Origin: an uncultured Candidatus Saccharibacteria bacterium
Lineage (GTDB): Bacteria; Patescibacteriota; Minisyncoccia; Phycocordibacterales; UBA9973
Assembly (NCBI GenBank): GCA_964401705.1
Contig: CAYNZJ010000001.1
Location: forward strand, 3,648 to 67,647
Direction: 5' to 3'
Length of the DNA: 64,000 bases
This document shows, in pieces, positions 60,860 through 64,000 of this stretch; positions within the stretch are counted from its first letter, which is position 1; each line of letters starts with the position of its first letter. The position numbers and the translations under genes are program-made. Below the pieces are notes generated by a model. The model was not told where the DNA came from, did not search any database, and was given only the letters and a program-made list of their open reading frames with translations.

Positions 60860-61567
60860 TTACCCTTTATACTTCAAAAACCTCTTCCTCTTCCCCTCTT
60901 CCATTCGTTCAATCGCATAGCGCAATGTTGTGCGGGGTAGGTTTTTATAATTTTTGATCAAAAAGTCTTCGCAAGTTTTTGCATCCTTCTTCCACACTTC
61001 GCGCAAGGCCCAGCCCACGGCTTTGTGCATTAGGTCTTCTTTGTCGGCCAAAAGCTTTTTAGCAATGCGCAGTATTGGCCCATAAACGCCGTATTTAATA
61101 CTTGCCATTGTGGCAATTATTGCCACGCGCCGGTACCACATACTTTTTGATACTGCTAATTCATCTAAAACATTCTTACTAGCAAGTCCTTTATACACCG
61201 CCATACCCAATATTCTACTAGCTGACAAATCTACCAAATCCCAATTGTTTACCCTTTTTAAATTCTTTAAATAAAAGTCCAGCACCTTTTGCTTTACCCT
61301 TTCATCACTTGCCCGTTCGTATTGTTTAACCAATATCAAAATACCCACAAGCCTAACCTCGTGTATTGGCGAATTCAAAGCCTGCCTAATATCGGCAAAT
61401 CCAAGGTGCGCAAATTTACCAACCACCTTGCGCGCATCGGGGTTATTAACACCCATAAATTTATCACCCTCGCCATATTGCCCCACCCCAGTTTTAAAAA
61501 ACCATTCATTAGACTTTTGCCGTTTGGCGCTGGCGTACTTTTTTAATTCGTTATAAATTTCGGACAT
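60860..61567 (-). CDS. DNA alkylation repair enzyme family (AlkC/AlkD-like HEAT-repeat) protein
   Basis: KSNEWFFKTGVGQYGEGDKFMGVNNPDARKV...NWDLVDLSA. Confidence 0.55.
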   Translation of the reverse strand: MSEIYNELKKYASAKRQKSNEWFFKTGVGQYGEGDKFMGVNNPDARKVVGKFAHLGFADIRQALNSPIHEVRLVGILILVKQYERASDERVKQKVLDFYLKNLKRVNNWDLVDLSASRILGMAVYKGLASKNVLDELAVSKSMWYRRVAIIATMASIKYGVYGPILRIAKKLLADKEDLMHKAVGWALREVWKKDAKTCEDFLIKNYKNLPRTTLRYAIERMEEGKRKRFLKYKG

Positions 61568-61647
61568 TATTTTTTGTTTAACTCGCTCAAAATACCTGAA
61601 GTTAAATTTTACACATAATAAGCTTCATATAATTAACCGAGCTTTAA

Positions 61648-62841
61648 TTAAAACTTTGCCCGATCACCATTTTCATCATATCCATAAGATCTAATAAAAC
61701 CAGCGGCATTCCAGACCATATCAAAAACAGGTTTAAGAGCCTTAGTGATATCTTCCTCAAAGTCATTAATTATTACTTCAGGTAGATAAATTTCATTTTC
61801 TGTAATTTCGTTTGTATCTCTTGAGATATAGGAACTTTGTAGTTGGATGGAATAACCCTGAATTCCAATAATTGTAACAAAAATAAAATAAGGAGGCTCA
61901 ATTTCTAATATCTTCAATAAATCAAGGTTCTCTTTTATTGATTTAATCAAAACATTTTCAATTGCTACCATTGGTAAATTTTTTCTATCACCATCTTCGT
62001 ATGCAATTCTAGGAGCAATTATACGACAATCAAAACCTTCAATAGTTCCATTCCTAAATATCTGAGTATAACTGCTAGTTTTACCATTATTGCTTGAATA
62101 TACATAAACACCATCAAGGTTAATTCTATGACTATAACCAAAAGCATAGAGAGGCTTAAATAAATTTATTTTACCCTCACTAAGATCAAGCAATTGCTTA
62201 CTTGTTAGTTTATTTGTTTCTATGATTCCAGATAGCGGGACAATATGCGCAGTTAGAAAATTATCAGCACTCTCCAGGTTTACAGGGCCATCATTTGCCT
62301 TGATATCAAAAATTCTCTTTTTCCTAAATTCTCGAATAGTATCAATCATGCTCCCGTTAGCGCCAAAAGCACTTTTTAATTCAAATACATCCATCTCGTA
62401 TTTACCATTACTATTTCTTTTGTAAAATCGGTTTGAATTTTTGAAAACAACCCTATGAGGACTATTAAGACTTGGTTTAATTCTGATTATTAAAATGAAC
62501 TTTTTATCATCAACATCAATAACTTTTATGTCCGTATCAATTCTTGGAGATATCCCATCTCTAATTATGTTTTCCAGTCTTTGAATTTCAGTATCGGTAT
62601 TTTCTATTTCAATTCCAAAATCAGCCTTGATTTCTTTTTTGTCTTCAAACACTCCAAAAATTAAATCACCACCATCGGTATTAGCAAGAGATGAAACGTC
62701 CGCAAGAAATTCTTTCTTATCATCGTCTCCATTTCCTGGCAAGGCAGATTTGTATTCAAGGGTTTTACCTTCAAAAACCTGGTTATCAACCAGTTGCTTA
62801 ATGTCGTCTTTTGTTATTTCTGATAGTTTCTTTTGAATCAT
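61648..62841 (-). CDS. AlbA_2 (Schlafen-like) DNA-binding domain protein with uncharacterised C-terminal domain
   Basis: EGKTLEYKSALPGNGDDDKKEFLADVSSLANTDGGDLIFGVFEDKKEI matches the AlbA_2 pattern E..~lEfK......~....ktv.AfANt.GG.l.~GV.d. Confidence 0.5.
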   Translation of the reverse strand: MIQKKLSEITKDDIKQLVDNQVFEGKTLEYKSALPGNGDDDKKEFLADVSSLANTDGGDLIFGVFEDKKEIKADFGIEIENTDTEIQRLENIIRDGISPRIDTDIKVIDVDDKKFILIIRIKPSLNSPHRVVFKNSNRFYKRNSNGKYEMDVFELKSAFGANGSMIDTIREFRKKRIFDIKANDGPVNLESADNFLTAHIVPLSGIIETNKLTSKQLLDLSEGKINLFKPLYAFGYSHRINLDGVYVYSSNNGKTSSYTQIFRNGTIEGFDCRIIAPRIAYEDGDRKNLPMVAIENVLIKSIKENLDLLKILEIEPPYFIFVTIIGIQGYSIQLQSSYISRDTNEITENEIYLPEVIINDFEEDITKALKPVFDMVWNAAGFIRSYGYDENGDRAKF

Positions 62842-62918
62842 ATTATTCGAATTATTCTTTTTCCTTTCTGTTAGGCCCCTCTTTTGATTTAGCCAGGGCA
62901 ATCCTATTTATTAATAAA

Positions 62919-63122
62919 CTATTTGGATTGAACAAACCTAAATCCATCACCACCATTAGAGTGAGAAATATTGCCTGAAAAATTACCAATCTTTATTTGT
63001 TTTATCTCAACAGATATTTTACGAATTTCTTTTAAATCTTTTTTAGCAGAAATTGCGCTCAAGATTGAAACAACACCAGCAATAATTCCAACAGAGCTAG
63101 AAACAATACTGACTATATCCAT
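62919..63122 (-). CDS. small membrane protein
   Basis: ORF 67 aa; TM helix VGIIAGVVSILSAI. Confidence 0.25.
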   Translation of the reverse strand: MDIVSIVSSSVGIIAGVVSILSAISAKKDLKEIRKISVEIKQIKIGNFSGNISHSNGGDGFRFVQSK

Positions 63123-63216
63123 ATTTATTTATTTTAATTTATAATTGTGTGGATAACCGCTTTTACTTTCGGTATATATTCGGTTATAATAGAATCATAA
63201 TAAAAATTAAAATAAT

Positions 63217-64000
63217 ATGCAAACTCTCACAAAAAAACAAAAAGAGGTCTTAGACTTTATTAAGGCCTACATTGCTAAAAACAATATATCTCCAACCATT
63301 GAAGAGATTCGTAAGAAATTAAAACTAAAAGCTATTTCAACCGTCCATGAACATATCGATTCCCTAAAAGAAAAAGGCTATATTTCTAAAACCCAAAATA
63401 TTTCACGGGGTATAACTCCCAAGAAAAAAATAGAGGATTATATTAAAATACCTCTTTTAGGTACAATTGCTGCTGGTCCAGCTAATGAAGCCGTAGAAGA
63501 ATTTAGTGGTTATATAAATTTACTGAAAAATGAAATAAAATCTCCAGAAAAATGTTACGCTCTTAAGGCTGTTGGAGATAGTATGATAGATGACGGAGTT
63601 TTTGATGGAGATATTGTTATTATTAGACAGCAAAATACTGCTGATGACGGTAAAATGGTAGTTGCTATTATTGATGATAACCAGACTACTTTAAAAAGAA
63701 TTTATCATGAGAAAAAAAGAATAAGACTTCAGCCAGCAAATCAAAATTTCTTACCATTTTATAGAACAGAGGTAGAAATTAGAGGTGTTGTAGAAAAAAT
63801 TATTAGAAACCCAAATAATGAAATTAATGATGAAGAAAAAGGATATAAAAATTTAAAAAATATTTCCACAAATCAAAATAATAAAATAAATAAATTCTAC
63901 AACAAAGATAAAAATGTAAAAATTTACCACGGTGACTCTTTAGATATATTAGATCAAGAAACTGATCTTAAATTTGATATGATTTATTTAGACCCACCTT
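63217..64000 (+). CDS. LexA-like repressor/S24 autopeptidase fused in frame to a DNA methyltransferase domain (3' end beyond window; not in ORF track)
   Basis: My own translation gives MQTLTKKQKEVLDFIKAY...IPLLGTIAAGPANEAVEE...KAVGDSMIDDG...TLKRIY...EVEIRGVVEKIIRN (LexA). Then ~35 aa of N/K-rich linker with no stop. Then KIYHGDSLDIL...FDMIYLDPP (N6/N4 MTase motif IV). Confidence 0.55.
   Translation, partial: MQTLTKKQKEVLDFIKAYIAKNNISPTIEEIRKKLKLKAISTVHEHIDSLKEKGYISKTQNISRGITPKKKIEDYIKIPLLGTIAAGPANEAVEEFSGYINLLKNEIKSPEKCYALKAVGDSMIDDGVFDGDIVIIRQQNTADDGKMVVAIIDDNQTTLKRIYHEKKRIRLQPANQNFLPFYRTEVEIRGVVEKIIRNPNNEINDEEKGYKNLKNISTNQNNKINKFYNKDKNVKIYHGDSLDILDQETDLKFDMIYLDPP

Overview
AT-rich window with compact gene spacing. 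Many core operons run on the minus strand, and there is one clear accessory island. Several genes are shorter than usual (MetK 320 aa, AlaRS 584 aa, ATP synthase delta 131 aa). Together with the weak Shine-Dalgarno contexts, this suggests a reduced-genome bacterium, possibly Patescibacteria/CPR-like (inference). Core genes on the minus strand include L27, asnB, gltX, L9, an S41 protease, rsmI, trhO, a complete F0F1 ATP synthase operon (atpZ-like/B/E/F/H/A/G/D/C) preceded by tRNA-Ile, prfA, L31, L25, metK, dnaJ, a SpoU-family methyltransferase, dnaK, alaS, lexA, an HI0933-like flavoprotein and msrB. Five things stand out. (1) Coordinates 5-4754 carry three tandem paralogs of a large Cys-rich protein built from repeated zinc-ribbon-like modules, which I cannot assign to any known family. 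(2) Coordinates ~6976-23560 hold a ~16.6 kb integrated mobilizable element. It is bounded by imperfect direct repeats (TGTCGCACAACATA...TTTTGCGAC) and carries a RepA-like initiator, a PemK/MazF-like toxin, ArdC, a tyrosine integrase next to a tRNA-Leu 3' fragment, an Xis-like HTH protein, a type IV coupling protein, MobC, a relaxase and a second tyrosine recombinase. (3) Inside that island, an RtcR-like CARF / sigma54-type AAA+ / HTH regulator has GAFTNA in place of GAFTGA. It is translationally coupled to a 491-aa coiled-coil protein of unknown function, which makes it a candidate novel signalling or defence module. (4) At the right edge, a LexA-like autopeptidase reads through in frame into a DNA methyltransferase domain. 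Next to it is an AlbA_2/Schlafen-like protein. (5) Two families of short GC-rich palindromic repeat elements occur, one copy inserted in frame into a PaaX-like regulator gene. No rRNA and no CRISPR array were seen.
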